From: an archaeon
GTDB lineage: Archaea; Iainarchaeota; Iainarchaeia; Iainarchaeales; CSSED10-239
Direction of reading: 5' to 3'
Assembly (NCBI GenBank): GCA_041677685.1
Contig: JBAYPN010000005.1
Span: 1 to 32,000, forward strand
DNA length: 32,000 nt
Shown here one piece after another: positions 23,297 through 32,000 of this stretch (position 1 is its first letter; every line of letters begins with the position of its first letter). Under the pieces are notes generated by a model that saw nothing but the letters and a program-made list of their open reading frames with translations, had not been told where the DNA came from and searched no databases. A program made the translations under genes and the position numbers.

Positions 23297-26200
23297 ATGA
23301 AAAAGAAAATAACAATCATACTATTATTTGTTTTTTTAATATTTGGACTAAATCAAATAAGTGCATATTCAATTGAAATTGATCAAACTTATGGAGGCTT
23401 AAATTCATCAAGTTTCTCTGTAACAATAGAGGTTGACAGTTCTGAGGGGCTTTCTCAAGTTCCATTAACCATAAACTCTAACAAACAAGCAACCCCAATA
23501 TCTTTTTATGCTGATTTAGATTCAGGAAACACTTTTAAAGCTTACTTCTATATAGACTTTACAGCTTCTTCTAGCTCCACAGAAAATGGTTGGCCAAAAA
23601 TAATTGTAAATTCTGCAGACATAGTTACCGTGAGCTCTATTGATTTTCCTGCAAAGACAGACACCTTGATTATTGATGGTGTTAAGCCAGTAATTGGAAA
23701 TTTCACAATAGAGGCTTTAGGAACAAATTATAATAATTATTATAGAGGAGATGTTAACCTTAATCTAAGTGGTTTTTCAGATCCCCAGACATACATAACT
23801 AATTATATTGTTTATTTAGTATCCCCCTCTAATCTAGAAACATTTAAAACAAATTATGTTCTTAAAAAAACAACAGACACAAATTCTTCAGAAATAAAAT
23901 TAGAATTAAATTCAGAAGTTCATGATGGAGATTATTATTTGTTAGTAGATGCAGTTGATGTCTCTTTAAACACAGGAGATGAAACTACAATTAAGAATAA
24001 TAAAGTTAGTCTTTCTTTAGACAACCTTTCACCAATTGTAGAGAATTTTAATTTAGGAACTTTAGTTGACAAAAGCACCTACTATGTAAACTCAGGAAAT
24101 TTTAATATAACTATTAGATTTAAAGATCTTTTTTCAGGCATAAACCCAACCAACCCCCCAACATCAATTACTGTAAAAACTCCAGAGGGCGTTCCTTTAA
24201 ATTTTAATAGAGATTACAATTCTTCAGTAAATGGTTTTTTTGTGCCAATCTCCTCAACTTACACAGACGGAAACGTCTACCAGGTTTCTTTTAAAGTCAA
24301 TGATTTTGTGGACAATAATATTTCTTATGATTTTAATATCTTTATAGACAGTAATGGTCCAACAACCCCAACAGCTCCAACCTTAACCAGAAGTATAGAC
24401 AACAACATCACAGTCTCTTCCTGGGGAACAGCAACTGACACTGGTAGTGGTTTAAAAGAGTATAGAGTCTATAGGTCTACAAGTAGTTTTACCTCTTACA
24501 CAAACCAAAGTCTTATTTGTACAGTTGAAGCAACAGAAGCAAGGACCTGTGTAGACACATTCTCTAAATCAGATGACACAACTTACTATTATGGGGTGGT
24601 TGCTGTTGACAAGTCTAACAATCTAAGTGCTGTGAAGACAAGTAACATAAAGACAGGTCCAAAATTAGAAGTTAATATTGATGTTTCTGAGAGCTACACA
24701 AACAACCCTACACCAGACATTGTTTTAACTTTAGGGTCTGATGTTAATGTTGTTAGATTTAGTTGTAATGGCTCAAGCTTTACTTCTTGGATAGAAGTCA
24801 ATAACACAACTTTTACCTATTCAGAATTTAATATTACTTCTGGAAATGGATGTACAAGTGCCTCTGAACTTAAAGAAGTATATGTGGAGGCAAAAAGTGA
24901 AAATTCTCCTTACCCAGTTACAAGAAAATCTGATACTGTAAAGTATGATGCAACTCCACCAACAACCCCAACAAATGTAAAAGTAAGTCCTTTACAAAAT
25001 GGTGGTCTTAAACTTACTTGGTCTGGAAGTGATGACAACTATAGTGGTGTTAAAAGTTATAGAGTTTATTATTCTACAGCTTCAGGAGTAACAACAGACA
25101 ATTCTTATTACACAAGCACAGCTCTAAATTATTCATTTACTCCAAACAATAACCAAACCTACTATATTAAAATATCAGCAATTGATAATGCGGGAAACCA
25201 ATCATCTTTAAGTTCTGAGGTTAGTGGAGAAACTAAAAGATTTGGTCCAACATTTACATTTAACTTAAATCCATCAAACCTAATAGATGGTGTAGACTAT
25301 GTGGGGTTAGGGAAAGTCTTATTTAAAGTAGCAAGTGATGAACCACTATCTAAAACTCCAACAGTAAGAATTAAATTTGATTCAAAAGCTCAAGAAACAA
25401 TAATTGCAAGTTACTTAGATCTAATTACAAGTTTTGAATACAATTTTGTTGAAGATGGAAATGTAGAAATAGAAATTACAGGAACTAACAATGCTGGAGA
25501 AAGTTCAACAGACACCTATTATTTGGTAGTTGATGCTACTCCGCCAACTTTTGAAGTAGACTATGGTATCTTTAATGAAACAATAATTAAATTTAATTTA
25601 AAAGATTATTCTCCTGACCTCTATAAAGTTGAATATCAATTAAATGATAAAACAGGACTTGCAATTATTGAAGATTCAAATGAAGATTTCTATTATGAAT
25701 TTGATACTAATAAATTTGATGATGGAGATTATAACATCAGCATCATTGGTTATGATTATGCACTAAACACTTCAACTGTAGAAATAAACTTTAATATTGA
25801 TAATGTTAATGAACTTGAAGTTGAGCTAAACAATTTAATTGAACAAGTGAACTTTAATAGAGATTTTATTAATTCCTCTATAAAGTTATATGAAGAGCTA
25901 TTAATTAAAATAGATGACTCAATTTCAGAAAAATTAAAAACTGCAAACACAAAGGCAACCTCTGCTCAAAGTTTGATTGATGCTAATAACCTTTCACCAT
26001 CCATTGATCTGTATAATGAAACAAACAACCTACTATTAGAGATAATCACTTTGTTGCCAAAACAATCAGTTGTTAAAAATAAATCTTTTACTTACTTTTA
26101 TGATGTAAACAAATCAGTAGATATACCAACATACACAACTGATGCAAATATTATTAAAGACACAAACCAGCTTTATAATCAAAATATACTTATGGTTGAT

Positions 26201-26866
26201 AGAAACTTTATAGTTCAGGAAATTGATTCTGTTAAATATTTTTCTGTATCTTTAGAGTTTAAAAACACCTCAAACAAAGATGTTACAATTACCTTTATAG
26301 AAGATATTCCAAAAGAATTTGCAACTAAACTTTCAGACCTTGTTTTTGGAGAGGATGTAAATGTTTTAGATGCTGACCCAGTTGTATATACTACAATTAC
26401 AATTCCTAAAAACTCCTCATATACTTTTAGATATAATAAAAAAAGCATAGCCACAGATTTTGATGTTCTAACTAAATATGATCAGATTGTTTTTAAAAAA
26501 CCAATCATCCTTAGTGGGAAGGTTTTAGAAGAACAAATGATTTTTAAAAAATCTTCAAAATATAATTCTGATTCTAAGATTTTTGGAATAATTGGAATTG
26601 TTTTAATTTTAATAATAATCATACTTATAGTAATTTGGCAAATTTTAAAATCAAAAAGAAATAAGGAAAGAAACTTAGAAACAATTGCAAACTCTAAAGG
26701 AGAAATAAATCGTTACCTGGGGAAAGGGAGTGCAAGTTCTACAAGTCTAGCAAATCCTGAAGAAAAAAAGTCTGTTTCTGAGGAAAGTAAGATTACAAAA
26801 GAGAATGCTTTTGAAAGTAATTATGATTATATAATTGATGCTGTTAAAAGAGATAAAAAGAAATAA
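23297..26866 (+). CDS. Large secreted, C-terminally membrane-anchored surface protein with FN3-like modules (S-layer/adhesin candidate)
   Basis: 1189 aa. The signal peptide is MKKKITIILLFVFLIFGLNQISA. PTTPT linkers are followed by W..(S/T).D..SG(L/V)K.YRVY segments. A coiled-coil-like stretch follows. The single TM IFGIIGIVLILIIIILIVIWQIL (26579-26647) precedes KSKRNK and a ~70-aa cytoplasmic tail. N-x-S/T sequons are very numerous. The ORF is certain; the function is inferred. Confidence 0.6.
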   Translation: MKKKITIILLFVFLIFGLNQISAYSIEIDQTYGGLNSSSFSVTIEVDSSEGLSQVPLTINSNKQATPISFYADLDSGNTFKAYFYIDFTASSSSTENGWPKIIVNSADIVTVSSIDFPAKTDTLIIDGVKPVIGNFTIEALGTNYNNYYRGDVNLNLSGFSDPQTYITNYIVYLVSPSNLETFKTNYVLKKTTDTNSSEIKLELNSEVHDGDYYLLVDAVDVSLNTGDETTIKNNKVSLSLDNLSPIVENFNLGTLVDKSTYYVNSGNFNITIRFKDLFSGINPTNPPTSITVKTPEGVPLNFNRDYNSSVNGFFVPISSTYTDGNVYQVSFKVNDFVDNNISYDFNIFIDSNGPTTPTAPTLTRSIDNNITVSSWGTATDTGSGLKEYRVYRSTSSFTSYTNQSLICTVEATEARTCVDTFSKSDDTTYYYGVVAVDKSNNLSAVKTSNIKTGPKLEVNIDVSESYTNNPTPDIVLTLGSDVNVVRFSCNGSSFTSWIEVNNTTFTYSEFNITSGNGCTSASELKEVYVEAKSENSPYPVTRKSDTVKYDATPPTTPTNVKVSPLQNGGLKLTWSGSDDNYSGVKSYRVYYSTASGVTTDNSYYTSTALNYSFTPNNNQTYYIKISAIDNAGNQSSLSSEVSGETKRFGPTFTFNLNPSNLIDGVDYVGLGKVLFKVASDEPLSKTPTVRIKFDSKAQETIIASYLDLITSFEYNFVEDGNVEIEITGTNNAGESSTDTYYLVVDATPPTFEVDYGIFNETIIKFNLKDYSPDLYKVEYQLNDKTGLAIIEDSNEDFYYEFDTNKFDDGDYNISIIGYDYALNTSTVEINFNIDNVNELEVELNNLIEQVNFNRDFINSSIKLYEELLIKIDDSISEKLKTANTKATSAQSLIDANNLSPSIDLYNETNNLLLEIITLLPKQSVVKNKSFTYFYDVNKSVDIPTYTTDANIIKDTNQLYNQNILMVDRNFIVQEIDSVKYFSVSLEFKNTSNKDVTITFIEDIPKEFATKLSDLVFGEDVNVLDADPVVYTTITIPKNSSYTFRYNKKSIATDFDVLTKYDQIVFKKPIILSGKVLEEQMIFKKSSKYNSDSKIFGIIGIVLILIIIILIVIWQILKSKRNKERNLETIANSKGEINRYLGKGSASSTSLANPEEKKSVSEESKITKENAFESNYDYIIDAVKRDKKK

Positions 26867-26936
26867 TTGAGTTTTAAAAAGAAATAATTTAGATTAAAAA
26901 TAATTGAAAAAATGAGTAAGAAATAATTAGATAAAT

Positions 26937-28145
26937 ATGATTGAAGGAATGGATCGCAGAATTGTTGTTGTTGGGGGAGGCCCTGCTGGACTTTATTCTG
27001 CATATTTGGTTAAGAAGAAAAATCCAAATATTTTGGTAACTTTGTTTGAAGAACATAGTGAAATCGGAATACCAATTTGCTGTAGTGGATTGATTGGAAT
27101 TGATGGTCTTAAAAAAACAGATTTGTTAAAGTATATTATAATTAATGATTGTGTAGACAACAAGGTAAAAGGAGCAAACATCTATGGACCCTACAAATCA
27201 TATTTTAAAGTTCTTTCAAAGGTTGACAAGGCATATGTCTTAGATAGAGGAAAGTTTGATAAAAAGATAAGGGACCTAGCACTCTCTGTTGGTGTTGAGA
27301 TTGTTTATGACTCAAGGGTTGTTGATGTTAAAGAAAATACAGTTTTTGTAGATGATCTTAAAAAAAATTGTTCAACAGAATATAAATTTGATTTCTTGAT
27401 AGGTGCAGATGGTCCAAACTCTATTGTTAGAAAAACTTGCTTTCCTGAATATAAGGATATTGAAAAGGAATTTATTATTGGTTATCAGATCTATGTTGAA
27501 GGAGAGTTTACAAAAAACAAGGTAGATCTTTATTTTAATGATTTTTCAAGAGGACTTTTTTCATGGGTTGTTCCTGAATCTGGTAGCTCTGCAAAGATTG
27601 GTATTGGAGTGTCTTTATCTTCTGATTCTAAAAGGAAAAATAATCCTAAGGAACAATTGTATGAGTTTATAAAAAAGAACAATATAATTTATGATAAAGA
27701 AACAAGCTTTTGTTCAGCCTTATTACCAATCTCTAAACCACTTTCAAACTTTGTAAAGGACAATGTCATAATTATTGGGGATGCTGGTTGCTTTGTAAAA
27801 GTAACAACTGGTGGGGGAGTTAACTTTGGGTTGATGTCTGCAAAGATTGCAGCAAATGCAATTACCAACAGAATAAAAGACTTTAAAAAATTAGAAAGTT
27901 ACAACAAAGACATTAAAAGATATGTTTCTGAATTAAATTTACATTATAAGATTAGAAGGTATATTCTTTCAAAAAGTAACTCTGAGCTTGACGAGTTAAT
28001 TCAGAAATTAAATGATATAGGTATATCTTCAATTTTGGAGAAAGAAGGAGATATTGATTATCCAAGTCTATTTATTAGAAAATTGTTCTTTAATAGAAAG
28101 TTTTTCTCACTATTTAGAGAGCTTATTAAATTTTTGAAGAGTTAA
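26937..28145 (+). CDS. Geranylgeranyl reductase-family FAD-dependent oxidoreductase
   Basis: 402 aa with the N-terminal Rossmann motif VVVGGGPAGLYSA, ADGPNS, and the C-terminal FAD motif IIIGDAGCFVKVTTGGG. Confidence 0.75.
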   Translation: MIEGMDRRIVVVGGGPAGLYSAYLVKKKNPNILVTLFEEHSEIGIPICCSGLIGIDGLKKTDLLKYIIINDCVDNKVKGANIYGPYKSYFKVLSKVDKAYVLDRGKFDKKIRDLALSVGVEIVYDSRVVDVKENTVFVDDLKKNCSTEYKFDFLIGADGPNSIVRKTCFPEYKDIEKEFIIGYQIYVEGEFTKNKVDLYFNDFSRGLFSWVVPESGSSAKIGIGVSLSSDSKRKNNPKEQLYEFIKKNNIIYDKETSFCSALLPISKPLSNFVKDNVIIIGDAGCFVKVTTGGGVNFGLMSAKIAANAITNRIKDFKKLESYNKDIKRYVSELNLHYKIRRYILSKSNSELDELIQKLNDIGISSILEKEGDIDYPSLFIRKLFFNRKFFSLFRELIKFLKS

Positions 28146-28220
28146 AGTCTTCAACTTTCTCATTCTATGCAAACATATTTAGAGAGTTTATTAAATTTTT
28201 GAAAAGTCAAGATCTTTAAA
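28111..28220. repeat. Direct repeat: the last ~44 bp of the reductase gene region recurs 65 bp downstream
   Basis: 28111-28154 reads TATTTAGAGAGCTTATTAAATTTTTGAAGAGTTAAAGTCTTCAA. 28176-28220 reads TATTTAGAGAGTTTATTAAATTTTTGAAAAGTCAAGATCTTTAAA. There are few mismatches, and the first 27 bp differ at 1 position. Confidence 0.8.
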
Positions 28221-28256
28221 ATTTGTATTTGGGTTTAAATTTTTAAATTAGAAACT

Positions 28257-28847
28257 CTACTCTATGATAATCTTCTTTTCAACATCTTTCCAAGAACTTG
28301 CTTTTTTGATAAACTTGTTGGTCTTAGAATATCTATTCCAATTGTAGGTGTTTCTATAGTTGAAAAGAATACAATTTATTTGTTCTTTAGAGCATGCAAG
28401 AACTGTTTCTAGAGAATCATCAACTATTAATTTTATATTTAGTCTTTTACAAATTTCGTGTTTTTCATCTCTTTTAAGGTCTTTATAATCTAAGTGAATA
28501 ATTCTTTTAAAAAAGTTTTTTCCAAAATGATTCTCAATTAATGTCTTTGTACTTTTTACCATCCTCTTGTTTCTTGCAGTAATTATATAGAGTTCGTTAT
28601 TTTTTTTAAGTTCTTTAATTATCTCTATGGAGTTAGGGTAGGGTTTCATAAGATTATGGTAGTCTGTGTTTGTAAATGCAGTCCATCTTTCAAGGAAGAT
28701 TTCAAAATCTAAATTAAATAATTTGTGTGCATGTAGATTTTTACAATCTTTGAATTTTTTAGAAGTCTTATATTTATGATTGTGATATTTAATAAATTTT
28801 TTAACTGTTGGAAAAATAGTATCATCAATATCTATTGCTATTCTCAT
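28257..28847 (-). CDS. HAD-superfamily hydrolase, 5'(3')-deoxyribonucleotidase (NT5C)-like
   Basis: 196 aa. The N-terminal MRIAIDIDDTIF carries the DxDxT HAD motif I. ITAR (motif II-like) and VDDS (motif IV-like) are also present. Confidence 0.65.
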   Translation of the reverse strand: MRIAIDIDDTIFPTVKKFIKYHNHKYKTSKKFKDCKNLHAHKLFNLDFEIFLERWTAFTNTDYHNLMKPYPNSIEIIKELKKNNELYIITARNKRMVKSTKTLIENHFGKNFFKRIIHLDYKDLKRDEKHEICKRLNIKLIVDDSLETVLACSKEQINCILFNYRNTYNWNRYSKTNKFIKKASSWKDVEKKIIIE

Positions 28848-28864
28848 ATATTCTCAAATTTTAA

Positions 28865-28937
28865 TAGCCCGAAGGAGATTCGAACTCCTGTCATAAGACC
28901 CAGAATCTTATATGCTTGGCCTCTACACCATCGGGCT
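28865..28937 (-). tRNA. tRNA-Gln (anticodon CUG); no encoded CCA
   Basis: The reverse complement is AGCCCGATGGTGTAGAGGCCAAGCATATAAGATTCTGGGTCTTATGACAGGAGTTCGAATCTCCTTCGGGCTA. Acceptor AGCCCGA/TCGGGCT; anticodon stem TAAGA/TCTTA with loop TTCTGGG; T-arm AGGAG-TTCGAAT-CTCCT. Confidence 0.9.
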
Positions 28938-28964
28938 CTTTTTTTTCTAAAAAAGAAGTTTAAG

Positions 28965-30104
28965 TTATAATTTCCACATCTCTTTTGCAAGCTTACCTGT
29001 ATATTTATATCTCTCAATTAGTTTTTTATTTTTTACCTTATTCTGTTTATGATTTTCTAAAAAAATATTTAGTTTTTCAATAAGTATTTTTTTAATTTCA
29101 CCAGAAGTCATATCTCCAGATTTATATTTATTGTATATTTCTTTAATCTTAATATCATCTTCTTCAAGCAAAATGTATAACCAGTTATAGGCAACATCAA
29201 TTTCAGGGACTCCCCCTAACTTTCTGTGTTCTTCAAGAGTTGGTCTTCCTCCCGAAAAAGCATATTTGTTAACTTTACTTTTAACAAGCTCAGGAGTGTC
29301 AGTCAGATAGATTGCTGTTTTGTTATCAGAGGAGGACATTTTTCCATCCATTCCTTGAAGTGGTGGTAGTAATTTGTTATGTATTGCTGTGACTTTCTTG
29401 AACCCAAGCTTTTCAGCAACATCCCTTTGGATTCTCCAGTAGGGGTCTTGGTCAATACCTGCTGGAATTAAGCAAAATTTATTTCTTTCAAAGGCAGTTG
29501 GTGCATTTTGGATGTTTGGGTAGAACATATGCCCTAAGTTAGTTTCATTTGTAAAACCAAAGATTGCTTTTGCATTTGAAAGATTTGTTTTTTTTGCAAA
29601 CTGTAATGCAAATTTGTAAAGATGTTTAATATATTCTGTATCTTTAAAGATAAAGGTTTTATCTGGATCAAAGCCAATTGCTGCAATCTCCTCTATGTCC
29701 TTATCTGATTGTTTGTCTATTTGTTCTAAGGTTAGATTTTTTTTAACACTAAACTTCTCATCATCTGATATCATAATGTAGACATTACAACCAAATTCAT
29801 CCTGTAACCATTTAGAAGTTAGAAAAGAAATTAGGTGACCTAGGTGCATTTCTCCTGAGGGACCTCTGCCTGTGTAGACATAGAAATTATTATTGTCTAT
29901 ATTTTCTAAAACCTTGTCAAAGTCTCTGTGAGAATAGATAAAGTTTCTTTTAAAGAAAGGATGTAATTTTTTAGATTTGGTTTTAAGTCTAAGTCTTTCT
30001 TTAAGATCTTTTGTAAGGTGGCTTGTTCCAAACTCCTTAATTAGTTTTTCATAATCAATAGTTCCTGAAACTTCCCAAGCAGTAACCTTGTAGTCAGCAC
30101 ACAT
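28965..30104 (-). CDS. trpS: Tryptophan--tRNA ligase (archaeal/eukaryotic type)
   Basis: 379 aa with the HIGH-type motif GRGPSGEMHLGHL, DDEKF, the KMSSS (KMSKS) loop, and AFSGGRPTLEEHRKLGG, which is typical of archaeal TrpRS. Confidence 0.9.
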   Translation of the reverse strand: MCADYKVTAWEVSGTIDYEKLIKEFGTSHLTKDLKERLRLKTKSKKLHPFFKRNFIYSHRDFDKVLENIDNNNFYVYTGRGPSGEMHLGHLISFLTSKWLQDEFGCNVYIMISDDEKFSVKKNLTLEQIDKQSDKDIEEIAAIGFDPDKTFIFKDTEYIKHLYKFALQFAKKTNLSNAKAIFGFTNETNLGHMFYPNIQNAPTAFERNKFCLIPAGIDQDPYWRIQRDVAEKLGFKKVTAIHNKLLPPLQGMDGKMSSSDNKTAIYLTDTPELVKSKVNKYAFSGGRPTLEEHRKLGGVPEIDVAYNWLYILLEEDDIKIKEIYNKYKSGDMTSGEIKKILIEKLNIFLENHKQNKVKNKKLIERYKYTGKLAKEMWKL

Positions 30105-30363
30105 AATGTCTTTCCTTGTATTTTTAATTTTTAAATTTTATTTTTATTGTATATATTATAGTTTAAAAACTTTAAAAAAGGAATTGTTTTTGTAAAAAGA
30201 TAATGTTTTTAGATAAAAAGGAATTTAATAATTTTAAAAGTGTTAATTTAAAATTTAACTTATTAATTGTGGTTAGTTTTTTTGTAATCAAAAAGATTTT
30301 AAAGTCTTTGACATAATTAATATATATGGTGTTATAAAAAACGCCTAAAGACTTTTCAGTTTT

Positions 30364-30669
30364 ATGGGGGATAAGAAGATGGATGAAGACAAAAAAGAGA
30401 TGGACCAGAATACTATTTTTATAGGTAAGAAAAATACCATGTCTTATGTTTTAGCAGTTATTACTCAATTTAATCAGAACGCAGATATGGTAACCATTAA
30501 GGCAAGAGGAAAAACCATTTCTAAAGCTGTTGATGTTTCTGAAATTGTAAAAAATAAATTTGTAAATTCTTTAAAAGTTGAAAAAATTATTATTTCTACA
30601 GAAGAAATAATTACAGAGAATAATACTCCGATGAAGGTGTCAGCTATTGAGATTGTGTTATCTAAATAG
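30364..30669 (+). CDS. albA: Alba-family DNA/RNA-binding protein
   Basis: 101 aa; NTIFIGKKNTMSYVLAVITQFNQNADMVTIKARGKTISKAVDVSEIVKNKF matches the Alba fold pattern. The start could instead be the internal ATG at 30379. Confidence 0.85.
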   Translation: MGDKKMDEDKKEMDQNTIFIGKKNTMSYVLAVITQFNQNADMVTIKARGKTISKAVDVSEIVKNKFVNSLKVEKIIISTEEIITENNTPMKVSAIEIVLSK

Positions 30670-30722
30670 TTGTTATTATAATTTTTTAATCTTATCAATG
30701 TTTATAAAAAAAAGGTGGTTTT

Positions 30723-30920
30723 ATGAAGAAAAGAAATACAGTGGATTGGATAGCTCTGATTCTTTTAATTATTGGAGGTCTTAATTGGTTACTAGTTGGT
30801 GCACTTAAGTTTGATTTAGTTCAATCAATTTTAGGCTCTATTCCAGTATTAAGAGATATTGTGTATATCCTGGTTGGGTTGTCCGCAATATGGGCTATAG
30901 TAAGAATTGAAAAGATCTAA
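30723..30920 (+). CDS. DUF378-family small membrane protein
   Basis: 65 aa with two TMs. DWIALILLIIGGLNWLLVG...FDLV...LVGLSAIW matches the DUF378 pattern. Confidence 0.7.
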   Translation: MKKRNTVDWIALILLIIGGLNWLLVGALKFDLVQSILGSIPVLRDIVYILVGLSAIWAIVRIEKI

Positions 30921-30928
30921 AATTGATC

Positions 30929-30951
30929 TTTTTTTTTCTTTTTTCTTTTTT
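30929..30951 (+). terminator. Oligo-T tracts after the DUF378 gene
   Basis: TTTTTTTTTCTTTTTTCTTTTTT lies between two convergent genes. Confidence 0.35.
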
Positions 30952-31001
30952 CAAGAAACTTAATTTTAAGTCAAATAAATCTGATTTTAAAGTAAAGAAA
31001 T

Positions 31002-31967
31002 CTAATTTGTGATCAATTTTGGGATTGGTAAATTAATTTTTATAAAGTAACTGTTGACCTTGTTTACAAACCCTATGCTCTTTGTTGAGATCTTTTCTGT
31101 CTGCTCAATCAATCTACAATTGTCAGTATTAATCTTATTGATTGTCTCAAGCTTAATTGACTTAATAGCTTTCTCAATTTCAGGATCATAAAATTTTGTG
31201 TTTCTATGTAACATAAACTTTGGGATCTCTTCTAAAAGGTCAGTTAATAATTTATATTGGGTAATGTAGATTATAAAGTTAGTATTATTTTCAAGTTCTA
31301 AGGAATTAATATTTTTTGAATAGTTTGCATATGTGCTTAGATTTATTGAAGTCTCAATTTGATTAAGCTTATTTTTAATAAAATGAATTAACTTAGAAAC
31401 AAAAGATTCCTTTTTCTCACAAAACCAAGAGATATTATTATTATTGTAAGTTAAGGTAATCTCTTTTTCTTCAAGTAGTCTTACAGCATCAAACAACAAG
31501 ATCTGTTCTTTCTGGTTTTTAAAAAAAGGACCAACAGGGTACTCTCTAAGACCATTTGTTTTCTTGTAATTATCCCTATTTTCTTTACAACTATTATTCT
31601 TATGATAATTTCTACTCCACTCTTTATTTTTAGACAGAAAGTATGTACCATTATTTAGAAACATAACTTCAACTAAAGATGAGGAAAGTGTGTTTGTTGA
31701 GAACAGTTCCTTTGGTTTACAGCAATTACAATTTATGGTTTCATAAGAGATGTTATAAAAATCATCTTGTAGAAGATAGGCCCAAATATTAGAAAAATCC
31801 ATATTAATTGTGTTCTTTATAAGTTCATTTTTTTTAGAAAAATCAATTGTGGACTTGTTTTTTAAGACTAATCTATTTTCAAAGAAATTATTTTCAAAAA
31901 GGATGTTTAAGATCTCATCATTCTTAATATTATATTCAGGTTTTACTTTTAAAAGATTAGAAAGCAT
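31002..31967 (-). CDS. Hypothetical Asn/Lys-rich protein with scattered Cys (CNCC); possibly 5'-incomplete
   Basis: 321-aa ORF from ATG 31967. The same frame stays open for 11 more codons to the window edge (KKITPTITRRL-M...), so the true start may lie beyond 32000. I recognise no family. Confidence 0.5.
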   Translation of the reverse strand: MLSNLLKVKPEYNIKNDEILNILFENNFFENRLVLKNKSTIDFSKKNELIKNTINMDFSNIWAYLLQDDFYNISYETINCNCCKPKELFSTNTLSSSLVEVMFLNNGTYFLSKNKEWSRNYHKNNSCKENRDNYKKTNGLREYPVGPFFKNQKEQILLFDAVRLLEEKEITLTYNNNNISWFCEKKESFVSKLIHFIKNKLNQIETSINLSTYANYSKNINSLELENNTNFIIYITQYKLLTDLLEEIPKFMLHRNTKFYDPEIEKAIKSIKLETINKINTDNCRLIEQTEKISTKSIGFVNKVNSYFIKINLPIPKLITN

Positions 31968-32000
31968 AAGCCTTCTTGTTATGGTTGGTGTTATTTTCTT

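Noticed and set aside
28776-28970. 64-aa plus-strand ORF.
   Set aside because: It overlaps the 5' end of the HAD gene on the opposite strand and reads through the tRNA-Gln gene at 28865-28937.
31002-31967. Weak resemblance of DFSNIWAYLL, NLSTYANY and IIYITQYK to family-B DNA polymerase motifs A, B and C, which would suggest an inactivated PolB.
   Set aside because: The spacing between the pseudo-motifs (about 150 and about 20 residues) does not fit PolB (about 80 and about 55). The catalytic Asp residues are absent, and too little sequence remains for a thumb domain. I treat it as chance similarity.

Overview
AT-rich archaeal chromosome segment (G+C looks like about one third or less by eye; standard stop codons; GGTGA-type Shine-Dalgarno boxes precede most starts). 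All calls come from reading the translations and sequence motifs; no homology or covariance search was run. Positions 1-16653 are an unbroken run of about 33 + strand translation and transcription genes. This run joins conserved archaeal clusters that are usually separate. They are: uL18-uS5-uL30-uL15-SecY-DUF106-eL34-eL14; uS13-uS4-uS11-RpoD-tRNALeu-eL18-uL13-uS9-RpoN-uS2; a TrmB-type regulator; L7Ae-eS28-eL24-aIF5B; and eS6-aIF2gamma-PIN-Rpo7-Spt4-eS24-eS27ae. The metabolic genes that normally sit inside these clusters (adk, cmk, eno, ndk) have no room here. Together with many Lys/Glu-rich protein tails, this suggests a reduced-genome, DPANN-like archaeon (inference). The remaining 15 kb carries a short CPBP protease, a P-type cation ATPase, a Trbp111-like tRNA-binding protein, tRNA-Ser, and a SufS-type cysteine desulfurase. 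It also carries a TraB-family protein, an 1189-aa secreted and membrane-anchored surface protein, a geranylgeranyl-reductase-family flavoprotein, and an HAD nucleotidase-like protein. The last genes are tRNA-Gln, TrpRS, Alba, a DUF378 membrane protein and an orphan ORF that runs off the window. I saw no rRNA, CRISPR array, transposase or integrase. Five items deserve a second look. (1) A ~160-nt multi-helix structured RNA candidate lies in a 595-bp noncoding gap upstream of the ATPase. (2) A textbook-geometry K-turn hairpin encloses the SD and AUG of the L7Ae gene. (3) The giant surface protein has a modular build. (4) The ATPase has PNSL in place of the PEGL ion-gating motif. (5) The 3' end of the reductase gene is duplicated immediately downstream.
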